The translations under genes were made by a program, and so were the position numbers. This document shows positions 9,606-20,272 of a stretch of 64,000 nt of DNA, piece after piece (position 1 is the first letter of the stretch; every line of letters begins with the position of its first letter). The notes under the pieces are model-generated. The model saw only the letters and a program-made list of their open reading frames with translations, ran no database searches and was not told the origin of the DNA. The DNA is from an uncultured delta proteobacterium. GTDB lineage: Bacteria; Desulfobacterota; Binatia; Binatales; Binataceae. Where the stretch lies: assembly GCA_963711565.1 (NCBI GenBank), contig CAVQEQ010000004.1:672001-736000 (forward strand), in the 5' to 3' direction.

Positions 9606-10706
9606 GTGCGGACTGATCGCGCAGCGAGCTATCGCGTCTATGGGATGAGCCAATCCTACTTCACGCGCAAGCTGACCGGTTATCTCGACTACAAGGCCAT
9701 CCCGTATTTTCTGCGGCGGTTCGCGAGCGCGAATCGGACGGCCCGCGACGCCGGATGGCCCGGCGCGATGCCGGTGGTGATGACGCCCTCCGGCGAATTC
9801 ATGTGGGATACAACGGCGATGATTCACCACCTGGAGTCCCGCTTTCCTGAACCGAGCGTGTTTCCCGCGGACCCGGTGCTGCGGTTTCTCGACTACGTCC
9901 TTGAAGACGCGCTCGACGAATGGTTCTACCGACCCGCCGTCGGATCGCGATGGTTCTACGAAGAAAACCATCGCGTGGGCGGATGGGAGCTGGCCCGCGA
10001 CGCCACCCACGAGGTGAACGTTCCTGGCGATCAGGCTTATGAGGCGGTGAAAGCGCACGTCACTGCGACCTGCGAGCCCTTCGGCGTGACGGCCGCGAAC
10101 ATCGATTCATGGATCGGTGAAATTCTGCGGCCCTGGCTTCGCGTGACAGGGGCGCATCTCGTGTCGCATCGATATCTCTTCGGCGGACGTCCGTCGCTTG
10201 CGGACTTCGCATTCTTCGGGGGTAACGCCGCGCACTTTATCAACGATCCGCTGTGCCGCCGATGGGTCGATGCGGACGCGCCGGCAATCGTCGCGCATAC
10301 GCATCGCATCATGGAGCCGGAAGACCAGGAGTTCGGTGAGTGGATGGCGCCGGGCGAGGTGCCCGAGACGATGATCGCGATCCTGTCCGAGCTCGGCCGC
10401 TTCTATCTGCCCTGGGTCAGCCGCGCGTCGGTGGATGGGAAAGCGGAACTCGCATTTGCAAGCGGCCAGCGCGTCGAAATAGCAGTCACGCCGTTTCTTG
10501 CCGAAGCCCGCGCGACTTTGCTCGCACGCTACGTGGAGTTTCGCAGCGATGCACTCGACGCGGTTCTCGAACGCGCGGGAATTCGTTTGTACTTCGCCGA
10601 CTTCGCCGATCGCGCCGGCAAGCTACCGAGCTACGAGAAGCCGCCGCAGCCCGCGTTGAACCGCCCGTTCGGGCCGCCATGGGAAAGAGAGGGCACCGGT
10701 CGATGA
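9606..10706 (+). CDS. Glutathione S-transferase family protein
   Basis: SYFTRKLTGYLDYK, MPVV, DTTAMI, YLFGGRPSLADF motifs. Confidence 0.8.
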   Translation: MRTDRAASYRVYGMSQSYFTRKLTGYLDYKAIPYFLRRFASANRTARDAGWPGAMPVVMTPSGEFMWDTTAMIHHLESRFPEPSVFPADPVLRFLDYVLEDALDEWFYRPAVGSRWFYEENHRVGGWELARDATHEVNVPGDQAYEAVKAHVTATCEPFGVTAANIDSWIGEILRPWLRVTGAHLVSHRYLFGGRPSLADFAFFGGNAAHFINDPLCRRWVDADAPAIVAHTHRIMEPEDQEFGEWMAPGEVPETMIAILSELGRFYLPWVSRASVDGKAELAFASGQRVEIAVTPFLAEARATLLARYVEFRSDALDAVLERAGIRLYFADFADRAGKLPSYEKPPQPALNRPFGPPWEREGTGR

Positions 10707-11158
10707 ATGCACCGTCGAGATCGACACAGTCCGTCGAGCCGCTCGCGTGGGTCGTGGTGGCTTTGATCGGCATCCTGAATTTGTTTCGCGGCAGCGTCCA
10801 CACGTTCCTCCCCGACGGCGGTGCGGGAGTGATCGCGGGCTTCGACCTTAGCCACTCGCGGCAGACGATCGTGTTTCTGTTCGCGGTGATGGGAATCGAG
10901 CAGCTTTCGCTGGGGGTTGTCGATCTGATCGTGGCTTTTCGTGTGCGATGGCTCGCGCTGCCGGCGCTGTGGTTCCACGCGCTGGAGCAGACCGCGGCGG
11001 AAATCATTTTCGTCTTCTATAAACCTCCGCCGGGCCATCCGCCCGGCATGGTCGGCGCGCCGCTGGTGCTTGCGGTTCTGTGGCTCGTAGTTGGATGGAT
11101 TTACTGGCGGCGCTCAGGCGCGGCGCGTCAAACGGCGACGGCGCTTCAAGCGCGTTGA
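10703..11158 (+). CDS. Hypothetical membrane protein
   Basis: ATG overlaps the GST stop. About four hydrophobic segments. Confidence 0.7.
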   Translation: MNAPSRSTQSVEPLAWVVVALIGILNLFRGSVHTFLPDGGAGVIAGFDLSHSRQTIVFLFAVMGIEQLSLGVVDLIVAFRVRWLALPALWFHALEQTAAEIIFVFYKPPPGHPPGMVGAPLVLAVLWLVVGWIYWRRSGAARQTATALQAR

Positions 11159-11181
11159 CGAAGGAAGGCGGGAAAGCGTCG

Positions 11182-12843
11182 ATGCGAATTGGGACGAAGG
11201 GCAGGGTCGCGATCGTGGCGGCGGTCGTGGTGGCGGTGGCCGGCTGGGCGCTGTTTCAACGTTACTGGTACTACATTCCTGGCATCGTGCTCAGCATCAG
11301 AAATCCGATTGAGCCGAATCATCCGGTGACGTGGGAGAGCGGACCTGCCGTAGCGGCCGCCCCGCCCGAGCAGCGTCCGCCGAATGTGATTGTTATTCTT
11401 GCCGACGATCTCGGCTTCAACGACATCACGATCAACGGCGGTGGAGTTGCGGACGGCGCGGTGCCGACGCCCAATATCGACGCGATTGCGCATGAGGGCG
11501 TGTCGTTTGCCCAAGGTTATGCGGGCGACGCGACTTGCGCGCCGTCGCGCGCCGCGATCATGACTGGGCGCTTTGCCACGCGATTTGGCTTCGAGTTCAC
11601 GCCGGCGCCGGTGGCATTCGAGCGATTGATTTCGCTATCCGACTACGGTCTGCATCAGCCGATATTCCATAAGGAGCTGGTGAGCCACGAACCGCCATTG
11701 GCGCAAGAGGCGGTGCCGACGAGCGAGATCACGATCGCGCAACTGCTTAAGACCCGCGACTATCACACGATTTTTCTGGGCAAGTGGCATTTGGGCGAGA
11801 CTGACGGGACGCGGCCCGACCACCGCGGTTTTGACGAGACGCTCGGTTTCCTTGCGGGTGCGTCGATGTATTTGCGCGCGAACGATCCCGCGGTCGAGAA
11901 CTCGGTTCAGGATTTCGATCCGATCGACAAATTCCTGTGGGCCAACCTGCCGTTCGCCGTGACGCGCAACGGGAGCCACCGGTTTTACCCGTCCGAGTAC
12001 ATGACCGATTACCTTGGCGACGAGGCGGTCAAGGCGATCGACGCCAATCGCAATCGGCCATTTTTCATTTACCTTGCGTTCAACGCGCCGCATGTTCCGC
12101 TGCAGGCGCTGAAATCGGACTACGACGCTTTGCCGCAAATCACCGATCACCGGCTGCGGGTGTATGGAGCGATGATCCGCGCACTCGATCGCAACGTCGG
12201 TCATGTGATGTCGGCACTGAAGGAAAACGGGCTCGATAAGAACACGCTGGTGATTTTCACCAGCGACAACGGCGGCGCGAATTATATCGGCTTGCCGTAT
12301 ATCAACCGGCCATACCGCGGGTGGAAAGCGACCTTCTTCGAGGGCGGCATTCACGTGCCGTTCTTCATGAGGTGGCCCGCGAAAATCCCGGCCGGCACGA
12401 AGTACAATTTGCCGATTGCGCACACGGACATTTTTGCGACTGTCGCGGCGGCGGCAGGCGCGGCCATGCCGACCGATCGCGTGATGGACGGCGTCAACGT
12501 GATTCCGTTTGTCACCGGGGCGAGCACGGGAACCCCTCATCAAATGCTCTACTGGCGATCGGGCGCGTACAAGACCTTGCTCGATGGCGAATGGAAGCTG
12601 CAGGTCTCGGCGCGGCCGGACAAGATGTGGCTGTTCGATTTGAAGACGGATCCGACCGAGCACAATAATCTCGCGTCGAGCCAGACCGACAAGCTCAAGG
12701 AAATGGTGCAGGTGCTGGACGCGATCGATCGGCAGCAGGCCAAGCCGCTGTGGCCGTCGCTGCTCGAAGGGCCGATCGACATCGATCATCCATTGTCGTT
12801 CCCGCAGCGTCCTGATGACGAGTACGTGTATTGGTCCAACTGA
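11182..12843 (+). CDS. Sulfatase (formylglycine type, membrane-anchored or secreted)
   Basis: PNVIVILADDLG, CAPSRAAIMTGR, GKWHLG, FTSDNG, EGGIHVP motifs. Confidence 0.92.
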   Translation: MRIGTKGRVAIVAAVVVAVAGWALFQRYWYYIPGIVLSIRNPIEPNHPVTWESGPAVAAAPPEQRPPNVIVILADDLGFNDITINGGGVADGAVPTPNIDAIAHEGVSFAQGYAGDATCAPSRAAIMTGRFATRFGFEFTPAPVAFERLISLSDYGLHQPIFHKELVSHEPPLAQEAVPTSEITIAQLLKTRDYHTIFLGKWHLGETDGTRPDHRGFDETLGFLAGASMYLRANDPAVENSVQDFDPIDKFLWANLPFAVTRNGSHRFYPSEYMTDYLGDEAVKAIDANRNRPFFIYLAFNAPHVPLQALKSDYDALPQITDHRLRVYGAMIRALDRNVGHVMSALKENGLDKNTLVIFTSDNGGANYIGLPYINRPYRGWKATFFEGGIHVPFFMRWPAKIPAGTKYNLPIAHTDIFATVAAAAGAAMPTDRVMDGVNVIPFVTGASTGTPHQMLYWRSGAYKTLLDGEWKLQVSARPDKMWLFDLKTDPTEHNNLASSQTDKLKEMVQVLDAIDRQQAKPLWPSLLEGPIDIDHPLSFPQRPDDEYVYWSN

Positions 12844-12861
12844 CTCTGTGAGAGGTGCAGC

Positions 12862-13767
12862 TTGAAGATTTTGAGAAGTCCTGACGCGCGATTTGCCAAC
12901 CTGCCGGATTTTCCATTCACGCCGCACTACTGCGAGGTGAGGGATTCCGACGGCACTGCGCTGAGGATTCACTACCTGGACGAAGGCCCTCGTGACGCGA
13001 ATCCGGTGCTGCTGATGCATGGCGAGCCGTCGTGGTCGTTTCTCTATCGCAAGATAGTTGCGAATCTCGCCGCGCGCGGGCATCGCGTCGTCGCGCCGGA
13101 CCTCGTTGGATTCGGCCGCTCGGACAAACCTGCCGAGCAATTGGATTACACCTTCGAGCGCCATGTGCGCTGGATGAGCGATTGGCTGGTTGCGACGCGA
13201 CTGACGGACATCACGCTCTTTTGCCAGGACTGGGGCGGACTGATCGGACTACGGCTGGTGGCCGCGTTCCCGGAAAAATTCGCGCGCGTGGTGGTCGCGA
13301 ATACCGGCCTGCCGACGGGCGAAGGATTCAGCGCCGCGTTTCAGCAATGGCTGGAATTCAGCCAGAGCATTCCCGTCTTGCCGGTCGGGCAGATCGTGGG
13401 CATGGGATGCAAGCGCGGCTTGAGCGAGGCTGAGAAGGCGGCGTACGACGCGCCGTTCCCGGACGAATCGTTCAAGACGGGCGCGCGCCGCTTTCCGGCG
13501 CTGGTTCCAATTACGCCGCAGCACGGCTCGGTCGCCGAGAACAAGGCCGCCTGGAAAGTTCTGGAAAACTTCCGCAAGCCTTTTCTAACTGCGTTCAGCG
13601 ACTCTGATCCGGTGACGAAAGGCGGCGAGCAAATTTTTCAGCAGCGTGTTCCAGGAACCAAGGGGCAGAAACACGTGACAATTACGGGCGCCGGACACTT
13701 TCTGCAGGAGGACAAGCCGGACGAGATTGCCGACTTGCTCCACGAATTTATCGCTTCAACAAAATAG
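12862..13767 (+). CDS. Haloalkane dehalogenase (HLD-I, DhlA/DhmA-like)
   Basis: [27 protein letters not shown] nucleophile elbow, AYDAPFP, GHFLQED. Confidence 0.9.
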   Translation: MKILRSPDARFANLPDFPFTPHYCEVRDSDGTALRIHYLDEGPRDANPVLLMHGEPSWSFLYRKIVANLAARGHRVVAPDLVGFGRSDKPAEQLDYTFERHVRWMSDWLVATRLTDITLFCQDWGGLIGLRLVAAFPEKFARVVVANTGLPTGEGFSAAFQQWLEFSQSIPVLPVGQIVGMGCKRGLSEAEKAAYDAPFPDESFKTGARRFPALVPITPQHGSVAENKAAWKVLENFRKPFLTAFSDSDPVTKGGEQIFQQRVPGTKGQKHVTITGAGHFLQEDKPDEIADLLHEFIASTK

Positions 13768-13770
13768 AGG

Positions 13771-14187
13771 ATGGAAAAAATGAAAGTTGAGAACGCAGTT
13801 TACCCGACTGCCGATGGAATCCGCGCGCTGGGGCAGGATACTTCGCCGACGAAGATCGCAATGCTGAACCTGCTCAAGTTCCGCGAAAAGGCGGTGTACA
13901 GGGACGGGCGACCCGATAACATCTCGGGCCGCGAAGCGTACATGCGCTACGGCAACGCAATGACGAAAATTGTCGAGCGTGAGGGCGGCCGGATCTTGTT
14001 CACCGGCAGAATCGCGGGCCTGGTGATCGGCGAGGTCGAGGGTCTGTGGGACGTCGCCGCGATAATGGAGTACCCATCGCGCGCGGCCTTCCAGCGCATC
14101 GTGACCTTGCCGGAAGTGGCGGAGATCGGCGTGCATCGCGAGGCCGGACTCGAGGGGCAGCTGCTGATCATGACGGAGAGCATCTAA
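13771..14187 (+). CDS. DUF1330 domain protein
   Basis: MLNLLKFREKAVY, SGREAYMRY, EYPSRAAF, HREAGL motifs. Confidence 0.8.
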   Translation: MEKMKVENAVYPTADGIRALGQDTSPTKIAMLNLLKFREKAVYRDGRPDNISGREAYMRYGNAMTKIVEREGGRILFTGRIAGLVIGEVEGLWDVAAIMEYPSRAAFQRIVTLPEVAEIGVHREAGLEGQLLIMTESI

Positions 14188-14207
14188 CGTCAGAGGCTCG
14201 GTCGCGG

Positions 14208-14810
14208 ATGGCGCAGGAGGCAAGGGCGAAAGCTGAAACCGCCGATGGACGAATAGTCCGCGGGCACAACAATCGGCGGCGGATTGTCGCGGCGATGCTC
14301 GAGCTGGTGCGCGCGGGTGCGATCTCGCCGGGAGCGGAAGAAGTCGCCGATCGCGCCGGCGTGGGCTTGCGTACGGTGTTCCGGCACTTTGACGACATGG
14401 ACAGTTTGTATCGCGAAATGGCGGAGGCGATGCGGCACGAATTGCAGCCGATTGTAGCGGCGCCGTTCGTGTCGCGAAACTGGAAGGGCAGGCTCGGCGA
14501 AATGGTGGATCGGCGCGCGCGGCTGTTTGAGCGTGCGATGCCGTTTAAGAACGCAGCCGACGTGCATCGGCATCGCTCGACTTTTCTGCGCAAGGACTAC
14601 GAGACGATGAGAAGCGAGGAACGGGCTGCGCTCGAGGCCGTGCTGCCTGCCGCCATGAGAAACGACAAAGGATTTTTCGAGGCGATCGATCAGGCGTTGA
14701 GCTTTTCGACCTGGCAGCATCTGCGGCGCGATCAGAAACTGACTCAGGCGCAGGCCCGCCAGACGGTCGAATACGCGATGCGTGCGCTGGTCGGCGCGGC
14801 TGGAAAATAA
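14208..14810 (+). CDS. TetR/AcrR family transcriptional regulator
   Basis: DGRIVRG..RRRIVAAM, HTH EVADRAGVGLRTVFRHF. Confidence 0.88.
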   Translation: MAQEARAKAETADGRIVRGHNNRRRIVAAMLELVRAGAISPGAEEVADRAGVGLRTVFRHFDDMDSLYREMAEAMRHELQPIVAAPFVSRNWKGRLGEMVDRRARLFERAMPFKNAADVHRHRSTFLRKDYETMRSEERAALEAVLPAAMRNDKGFFEAIDQALSFSTWQHLRRDQKLTQAQARQTVEYAMRALVGAAGK

Positions 14811-14823
14811 AGCGGACGCCCCG

Positions 14824-15390
14824 TCAGAGAGCGCCCATCTGCTTGAGAGTTTTTTCAGCTTCCGACGCGACCGTAGGATTCTTCGCACTGTCGCCGAGCG
14901 CAATCTTCAGATACTTGAGGGCATCGTCGCGTTGACCGGTTTGCGCGAGCAGCTCGCCAATTCTAAGCGCGGCGAAAGAGTTGTTGGGCTCTATCTGGTA
15001 TGCCTTGCGATAGTAAACCAGCGCGTCGTCGGTCTTGGGCGGCGAAAATGACATATACGCCTCGCCGATATTCAGATATGCGCTGACCTGGTTAGGCTGA
15101 TACTTGACGAGTTTTTGATAAACCTTGACGACATTGTCGAAATCGGATCGCGAGTTGTAGTAGAGGCCCAGATAAACGTACGCGTCCTCGTCCGCCGGAG
15201 CGATGTCGGTGGCTTGCCAGAGCAGCTTTACAGCGGCGTCGCTGTCGCTCATTTTGATTGCGGCATCGACCAGCGCGCGCGCCTTGAGTGCGTTGGCGTC
15301 CTGCGACTGCGCGGAAAATGGAAACGACGCGAGCGCAAGCACCAGGACGGCGAAGAGAGTGAACGATTTCAGCGCGGTTCGATCTCGCAT
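14824..15390 (-). CDS. Secreted TPR protein
   Basis: Signal peptide and TPR repeats (AYVYLG, AYLNIGEAY). Confidence 0.8.
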   Translation of the reverse strand: MRDRTALKSFTLFAVLVLALASFPFSAQSQDANALKARALVDAAIKMSDSDAAVKLLWQATDIAPADEDAYVYLGLYYNSRSDFDNVVKVYQKLVKYQPNQVSAYLNIGEAYMSFSPPKTDDALVYYRKAYQIEPNNSFAALRIGELLAQTGQRDDALKYLKIALGDSAKNPTVASEAEKTLKQMGAL

Positions 15391-15513
15391 GGCATCAGGT
15401 CGTGCATAGAACTCAGCCTCTAAATGGTGGCATGAAAGGGGCGCGATGCAAAGGTATCATGTGTCCGCGATGGGCGGTTGCTTCGACGTGAAAAAGGAAA
15501 TTCAGGGAGACCG

Positions 15514-16329
15514 GTGAAAACGCATCGTTTCATGGCCAACGGGCTCGCGCTGAATTGTCTTGACTATGGCGGCGACGGCAAGCGCCCGCTGTTGTTCCTG
15601 CATGGTGGCTCGGCGCACGCGCATTGGTGGGACTTCGTCGCGCCGGCCTTCGTGGAAGATTTTCACGTGCTCGCGCTCGATCAACGCGGGCACGGCGAGA
15701 GCGATTGGGCTGACGAATGGGCGTATGGTTCGCGGCATTACGTCTCGGATCTGGATCAAGTGATCGACGGATGGGGATTTGGCGCGCCGATTCTGGTTGG
15801 ACATTCGATGGGTGCGCATAACGTACTCGCCTATGCGGCCGAACACAGCGAAAAACTGCGGGCGATCGTGGCGCTCGATCCACCGCCTGACTACACGGAG
15901 CGGGCGGTCGAATTTCTCCAGTCGATTGCGGAAAAGCCGGCGCGCAGATTCGATTCGCTCGACGAGGCCGCGCGGAATTTCAAGGTTCTGCCGCGAGAGA
16001 CGCTCGCGAAGAAAGAAATCCTGGAGCACGTGGCGCGCAGCAGCTTCAAACGACACCAAGACGGTGCGTGGATACACAAGCTGGACCGGCGCACGATGAT
16101 TCGCGAACCGTCTCGCGTATGGAAGTCGTTGCATCGGATTACGTGCCCCGCGCTGATCGTCAAGATTACGAAGAGCCCATTGCTTGATCGCGAGGTAGCG
16201 AAAAAAATGGTCGCGCAGTTTGCGAACGCGCGGCTGGCGGAAATCGACGACTCGTATCATCACGTGATGCTGGATAATCCAACGGCGCTGATCGAAGTAA
16301 TTCGAAGTTTTGTCGGCGAGTTTAAGTGA
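15514..16329 (+). CDS. Alpha/beta hydrolase
   Basis: FLHGG, DQRGHGES, GHSMG, C-terminal HHV. GTG start after RBS GGGAGA. Confidence 0.88.
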   Translation: MKTHRFMANGLALNCLDYGGDGKRPLLFLHGGSAHAHWWDFVAPAFVEDFHVLALDQRGHGESDWADEWAYGSRHYVSDLDQVIDGWGFGAPILVGHSMGAHNVLAYAAEHSEKLRAIVALDPPPDYTERAVEFLQSIAEKPARRFDSLDEAARNFKVLPRETLAKKEILEHVARSSFKRHQDGAWIHKLDRRTMIREPSRVWKSLHRITCPALIVKITKSPLLDREVAKKMVAQFANARLAEIDDSYHHVMLDNPTALIEVIRSFVGEFK

Positions 16330-17153
16330 CGGCGCCGCACAGCCATCTGCTCGAAGGCTCGCCGCGGCTCCATTACCTGGAATGGAATCCGGCCGGGAGG
16401 CGCACGATTGTCCTCCTGCACGGCAACTCGGCGAATGCGTGGTGGTGGGAACCGCTAGCCCGCGCGATCGCGCCGGACTACCGGCTGCTCGCGCTCGACC
16501 AGCGCGGGCATGGCGACAGCGAGTGGGCGCGTCCGGCGGCATACTCGCCGACGGATTACGCGAACGACATTGCGAGGTTCGTCGCGCACGTGACGGCCAA
16601 TGCGGAAAAGCCGGTTGTCGTGGGTCACAGCATGGGCGGGCTGAACGTGCTGGCGTTTGCGCGGCGGCATCCGGAAAGCGCGCGCGGCGCGATGGCGATC
16701 AACGTCGCAGTCACATCGAGCCGCGGGCGTGATCGATATCTGCGGCGGCTGAAGGCGTTGCCGGTGGTGACGTATCCCGATCTGGCGACAGCAAAGGCGC
16801 GTTTCCGTCTGATGCCGAACGAGGGAGGAATCCCGGTCGAAGTAGTGCATGAGATCGCGGAAAAGAGCCTGGCGCGGACGGAGGAAGGGCGGTGGACGCT
16901 CAAATTCGATCGCGAAAGTTTTCTCGGCGGCGACGGGCTGGCAGTGCTCGAGACGATCAAGGAAATCAGGATTCCCACGATGCTGGTGCGCGCCGAGCAC
17001 AGCCGCATCATGACAGCGGAGGCGGCGGAGCAGGCGCGTGCTTCGAATCCGAAGGCGCGGCTGGTGACGATTGCCGACGCACATCATCACGTGATCCTCG
17101 AGAAGCCGGATGCGGTCGCGCGGGTGATCGAAGAGTTCGCGGCCAGCTTGTGA
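16326..17153 (+). CDS. Alpha/beta hydrolase (tandem paralog)
   Basis: LLHG, DQRGHGDS, GHSMGG, AHHHV motifs. Confidence 0.88.
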   Translation: MTAPHSHLLEGSPRLHYLEWNPAGRRTIVLLHGNSANAWWWEPLARAIAPDYRLLALDQRGHGDSEWARPAAYSPTDYANDIARFVAHVTANAEKPVVVGHSMGGLNVLAFARRHPESARGAMAINVAVTSSRGRDRYLRRLKALPVVTYPDLATAKARFRLMPNEGGIPVEVVHEIAEKSLARTEEGRWTLKFDRESFLGGDGLAVLETIKEIRIPTMLVRAEHSRIMTAEAAEQARASNPKARLVTIADAHHHVILEKPDAVARVIEEFAASL

Positions 17154-17157
17154 CGCG

Positions 17158-17637
17158 TTATAGGTCGCGTTCCATTTTGCGGTGTGCGATGCCGGCCTCA
17201 TCGAAGACGCCGCCCACCGGTCTGAATCCTTCCTTGAGATAGAAGCCGTCGGCGGTAAGCTGCGCGTGCAGGATTGCTTTGCGGAATCCGCGCGTGCGCG
17301 CGCGGTCGATCAGGAAGCGCAGGATTTTCTGACCGACGCCGGTTTTCCGCAGCTCCCGCAGAACCGCCATTCGGCCGATTTTCATTTCGCCGCTGCCATG
17401 CTCGACCATCCGGCCGCATCCGACCGCGACGCCGTCGAGAATCGCGAGTGCGTGAAATGCGCGCGCGTCGTCGGCGTCCATTTCAATTTCTTCGGGCACC
17501 TGTTGCTCTTCGATAAAGACGCGGCGGCGAATCGCCCAAGCTCGTTCCATGTCCGCGGGCGTTTCGATCGCGATCACTTTGATGCGAGAGCTTTCATCCA
17601 CGGGCGATTGACTAGCGCGCGATGGAGGCAGCGTCAA
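17158..17637 (-). CDS. GNAT N-acetyltransferase (ElaA/YjcF-like), start uncertain
   Basis: IRRRVFIEEQQVP, KIGRMAV, LHAQ, FDEAGIAHRKM motifs. Confidence 0.85.
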   Translation of the reverse strand: MTLPPSRASQSPVDESSRIKVIAIETPADMERAWAIRRRVFIEEQQVPEEIEMDADDARAFHALAILDGVAVGCGRMVEHGSGEMKIGRMAVLRELRKTGVGQKILRFLIDRARTRGFRKAILHAQLTADGFYLKEGFRPVGGVFDEAGIAHRKMERDL

Positions 17638-17680
17638 ATCCTCTTCGAGGTAAAACCGGGGCTGTGATACGCTCGCGGCA

Positions 17681-18479
17681 ATGGCAAAGCCGAGCGAGAG
17701 CGCAAGCGACGACGAGACTCGGGAAGCCGCGCGAACGATCCTGGCGGCGCGATACGCGATCGCGCTCACGGGTGCGGGGATGTCGGTCGAAAGTGGAATA
17801 CCGCCGTTTCGTGGACCGGGTGGGCTGTGGACCAAGTACGGTGAGCCGCCGATGAACGGCTTTCAACGTTTCATGGCCGATCCGAAAAAGGCTTGGGAAG
17901 AACGGCTCAGCAAACGCAACGACGAACTTTACAAACCGCTCGCGGTTGCGAAGCCGAACCCAGGCCATCTCGCTCTGGTCGAACTGGAGCAACTGGGAGT
18001 GCTGCGGTTTGTGATTACGCAGAACGTCGATGACCTGCATCGGCAGGCGGGGCAGAAGGCGCTCGCGGAAATTCACGGCAACTGGACTTTGATCCGATGC
18101 CTCGATTGCAGGACGCGGTTTCATGGCGACGCAATAAGCCTCGAAGACGCTGCCGCCGGCGTGTCCGCGATGCGAAGGATTGTTGAAATCCGACACGGTT
18201 TCGTTCGGCGAGCCGATTCCGACCGACGTGCTGAACATGTGCGCGGATCATTCGGCGAAGGCGGACCTGGTAGTCGTGGCGGGGACCTCGGCGATGGTTT
18301 ATCCAGCCGCGGGATTTGCGCTCGAGGTGAAACAGCGCGGCGGGACGCTCGTCGAGGTGAATCTGTACGAATCGGAACTAACGCCGATATGCGATGTCAG
18401 CCTGCGAGGCGCATCGGCGGACGTGCTGCCGCGGCTGGCGAAGGCAGTTGGAGAGATTCGCCGAGAGAGTTTGTCTTAG
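17681..18479 (+). pseudogene. cobB: Sir2/CobB NAD-dependent deacylase, frameshifted at about 18146 (possibly assembly error)
   Basis: ALTGAGMSVESGIPPFRG, ITQNVDDLH, EIHG, CLDC, then +1 frame TLPPACPRC..VSFGE..GTS..VYPAA..EVN. Confidence 0.85.
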
Positions 18480-20259
18480 AAATTCCTGCCTGGATGTAGT
18501 CATCCGAAGGTTTAGGCGGCGGAGTTGCCGAACCCGCGCGCCGGCGGAGGAGCAGCATTTCGTCGGTGCCGTCCAGCGAGGTTGGGTTCGATACCATAAC
18601 GATTTCGAAGCGGTTTCTCTTCGACGCGGGGAGTGCGTCGAAGAGCGTGCGCCAGGCGATCAGGTACTGCGGTATTTCGGGATCTTTTTGCGAGACGATC
18701 GGAATGGTGCGGCGGCTGTAGAAAGCTACGTCGTAGTTGAGTGCGCCCAGGTAGCCGACCGGACTGTCGTCCACGACTTTCATTGCATCCTCGGTAAAGT
18801 CCTTGAGCGAGAGGGTGTTGGCGATGGCCGGAACAACAACGACATTGACCGCAACCGTGATGAACACCATCGTGGCCGCGATCGCCGGCACGGTTCGTTC
18901 TAAAAGCGGGCGGGTGACGATCAGCCGTACGCCGAGTACGACCACCGCCAGCGGCATCGCGACCGCGAGAACCCAATGATTGCCGACCGTTGCGATCAAG
19001 ATGCGTGGGAAGGAGAGCGCGCGAATGCTTGCCGCTTGCAGCAGGTCGGCGAACTCGAGCGGCCAGGCGACGAGCATCGCGAGGGCGACCAGGGCGGCGC
19101 TGCCGAGCAGCAGCATCGCGAAGCCGGACAATCGCGCGATCCAGTTGGCGACGGCGCGCGCGGGCGCAGGACGCATGATGGACTGCCGGATATAAATCGC
19201 GACGAGAGTGGCGAATGCGGGATACAAACAGAGCAGGTATACGCCGCGCTTGCTTTGCGGAAGGTTGTAGAAAATCAGCACCGCGGTGAACCAGACAACG
19301 ATGTATTTGAGGCGCGAATCGACCGCGACCGGCGCGCGCGCGGCCTGTAAGCCGACGATCGGCAGCACAATTGTCCACGGCAGGAAGCCGGCGAAGAGGG
19401 CGAGCTCCATGTAATAGAAGGGATGGATGTGGCCCTCGTGGAAGTCGCCGCCGCCGGCGAAACGGAGCAGGTTTTCGGTCAGGATCTGCTTGCGGAAAAA
19501 ATCGAGGCCGCCTTCGATGAGCGCCGCGGCGTACCATCCTCCCGCGAGCACAATCACGACGAGCGCGCCCCGAACGAGATTCATCTCGCGAAGAAAGCTC
19601 CAGCGCTTTTCGAGAGCGATCCAGATCAAGGCGACCAGGCCCGGGAGAATCAAACCGATGGGGCCCTTGGTCAAAACGGCGAGCGCGATTGCGACATAGA
19701 GAAGCATCCGGCGGCGCGTCAAGCCCTCGGCCATGAAAATGAATTCGAAGAACGCGACTTCCATGAAGAATGTCAGCGTCATGTCGACGCGCGCGCCGGT
19801 CGCCGCTTGCAGGTACTGAAACGTCGTGGCCAGGATCAGCGCGGCAATGAGCGCGGTCACGTCGTCGAACAAGCGGCGAACGTAGAAGTAGCAAACGATC
19901 ACGCCGGCGATGGCGAGACCGGCTGACGGCAGGCGCACCGAGAATTCATTCACGCCGCCGGCGACGAGCGAGACGAGCGCGGCGAGCCAGTGCATCAGCA
20001 GCGGCTTCGAGGGAATTTCAACGCCGGCGCGCTGGGGCAGAATCACGCCGCCGCCGTGGACGATGTCGAAGACGGTGACGGCCTCGCGCGGCTCGCCCTT
20101 GGTGTAGAGCGGGTAGCCACCGAGATTTACGAGGTAGAGGGCGACGCCGAAGATCAGCAGGATAGGCCACGCGTGGCGCGCCTCGGCGATGTACTGGAGC
20201 CAATCCGGAGTGGTTGCAGTCTCGGAGTCGGAGCGCGAGGTCTCTTCAGGAAGTTTCAA
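18397..20259 (-). CDS. ArnT/GT39-like (GT-C) membrane glycosyltransferase
   Basis: KGEPREA, SKPLLMHW, EFSVRLPSA, ARVDM, LAVLTKGPIG, SKRGVYLL motifs and many TMs. Confidence 0.88.
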   Translation of the reverse strand: MKLPEETSRSDSETATTPDWLQYIAEARHAWPILLIFGVALYLVNLGGYPLYTKGEPREAVTVFDIVHGGGVILPQRAGVEIPSKPLLMHWLAALVSLVAGGVNEFSVRLPSAGLAIAGVIVCYFYVRRLFDDVTALIAALILATTFQYLQAATGARVDMTLTFFMEVAFFEFIFMAEGLTRRRMLLYVAIALAVLTKGPIGLILPGLVALIWIALEKRWSFLREMNLVRGALVVIVLAGGWYAAALIEGGLDFFRKQILTENLLRFAGGGDFHEGHIHPFYYMELALFAGFLPWTIVLPIVGLQAARAPVAVDSRLKYIVVWFTAVLIFYNLPQSKRGVYLLCLYPAFATLVAIYIRQSIMRPAPARAVANWIARLSGFAMLLLGSAALVALAMLVAWPLEFADLLQAASIRALSFPRILIATVGNHWVLAVAMPLAVVVLGVRLIVTRPLLERTVPAIAATMVFITVAVNVVVVPAIANTLSLKDFTEDAMKVVDDSPVGYLGALNYDVAFYSRRTIPIVSQKDPEIPQYLIAWRTLFDALPASKRNRFEIVMVSNPTSLDGTDEMLLLRRRAGSATPPPKPSDDYIQAGISKTNSLGESLQLPSPAAAARPPMRLAG

Positions 20260-20272
20260 TTTTGAATAGGTA

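Noticed and set aside
18397-18479. Convergent 3' overlaps (sirtuin/ArnT-like, and GT39/mpg at 25452-25543) as regulatory antisense
   Set aside because: Non-conserved-looking C-terminal run-ons are common in GC-rich genomes and may reflect indel errors.
17681-18479. Sir2 as an anti-phage (Thoeris/DSR) component
   Set aside because: It is a short CobB-type deacylase with Zn-finger and standard motifs, next to a GNAT, with no defence partners.
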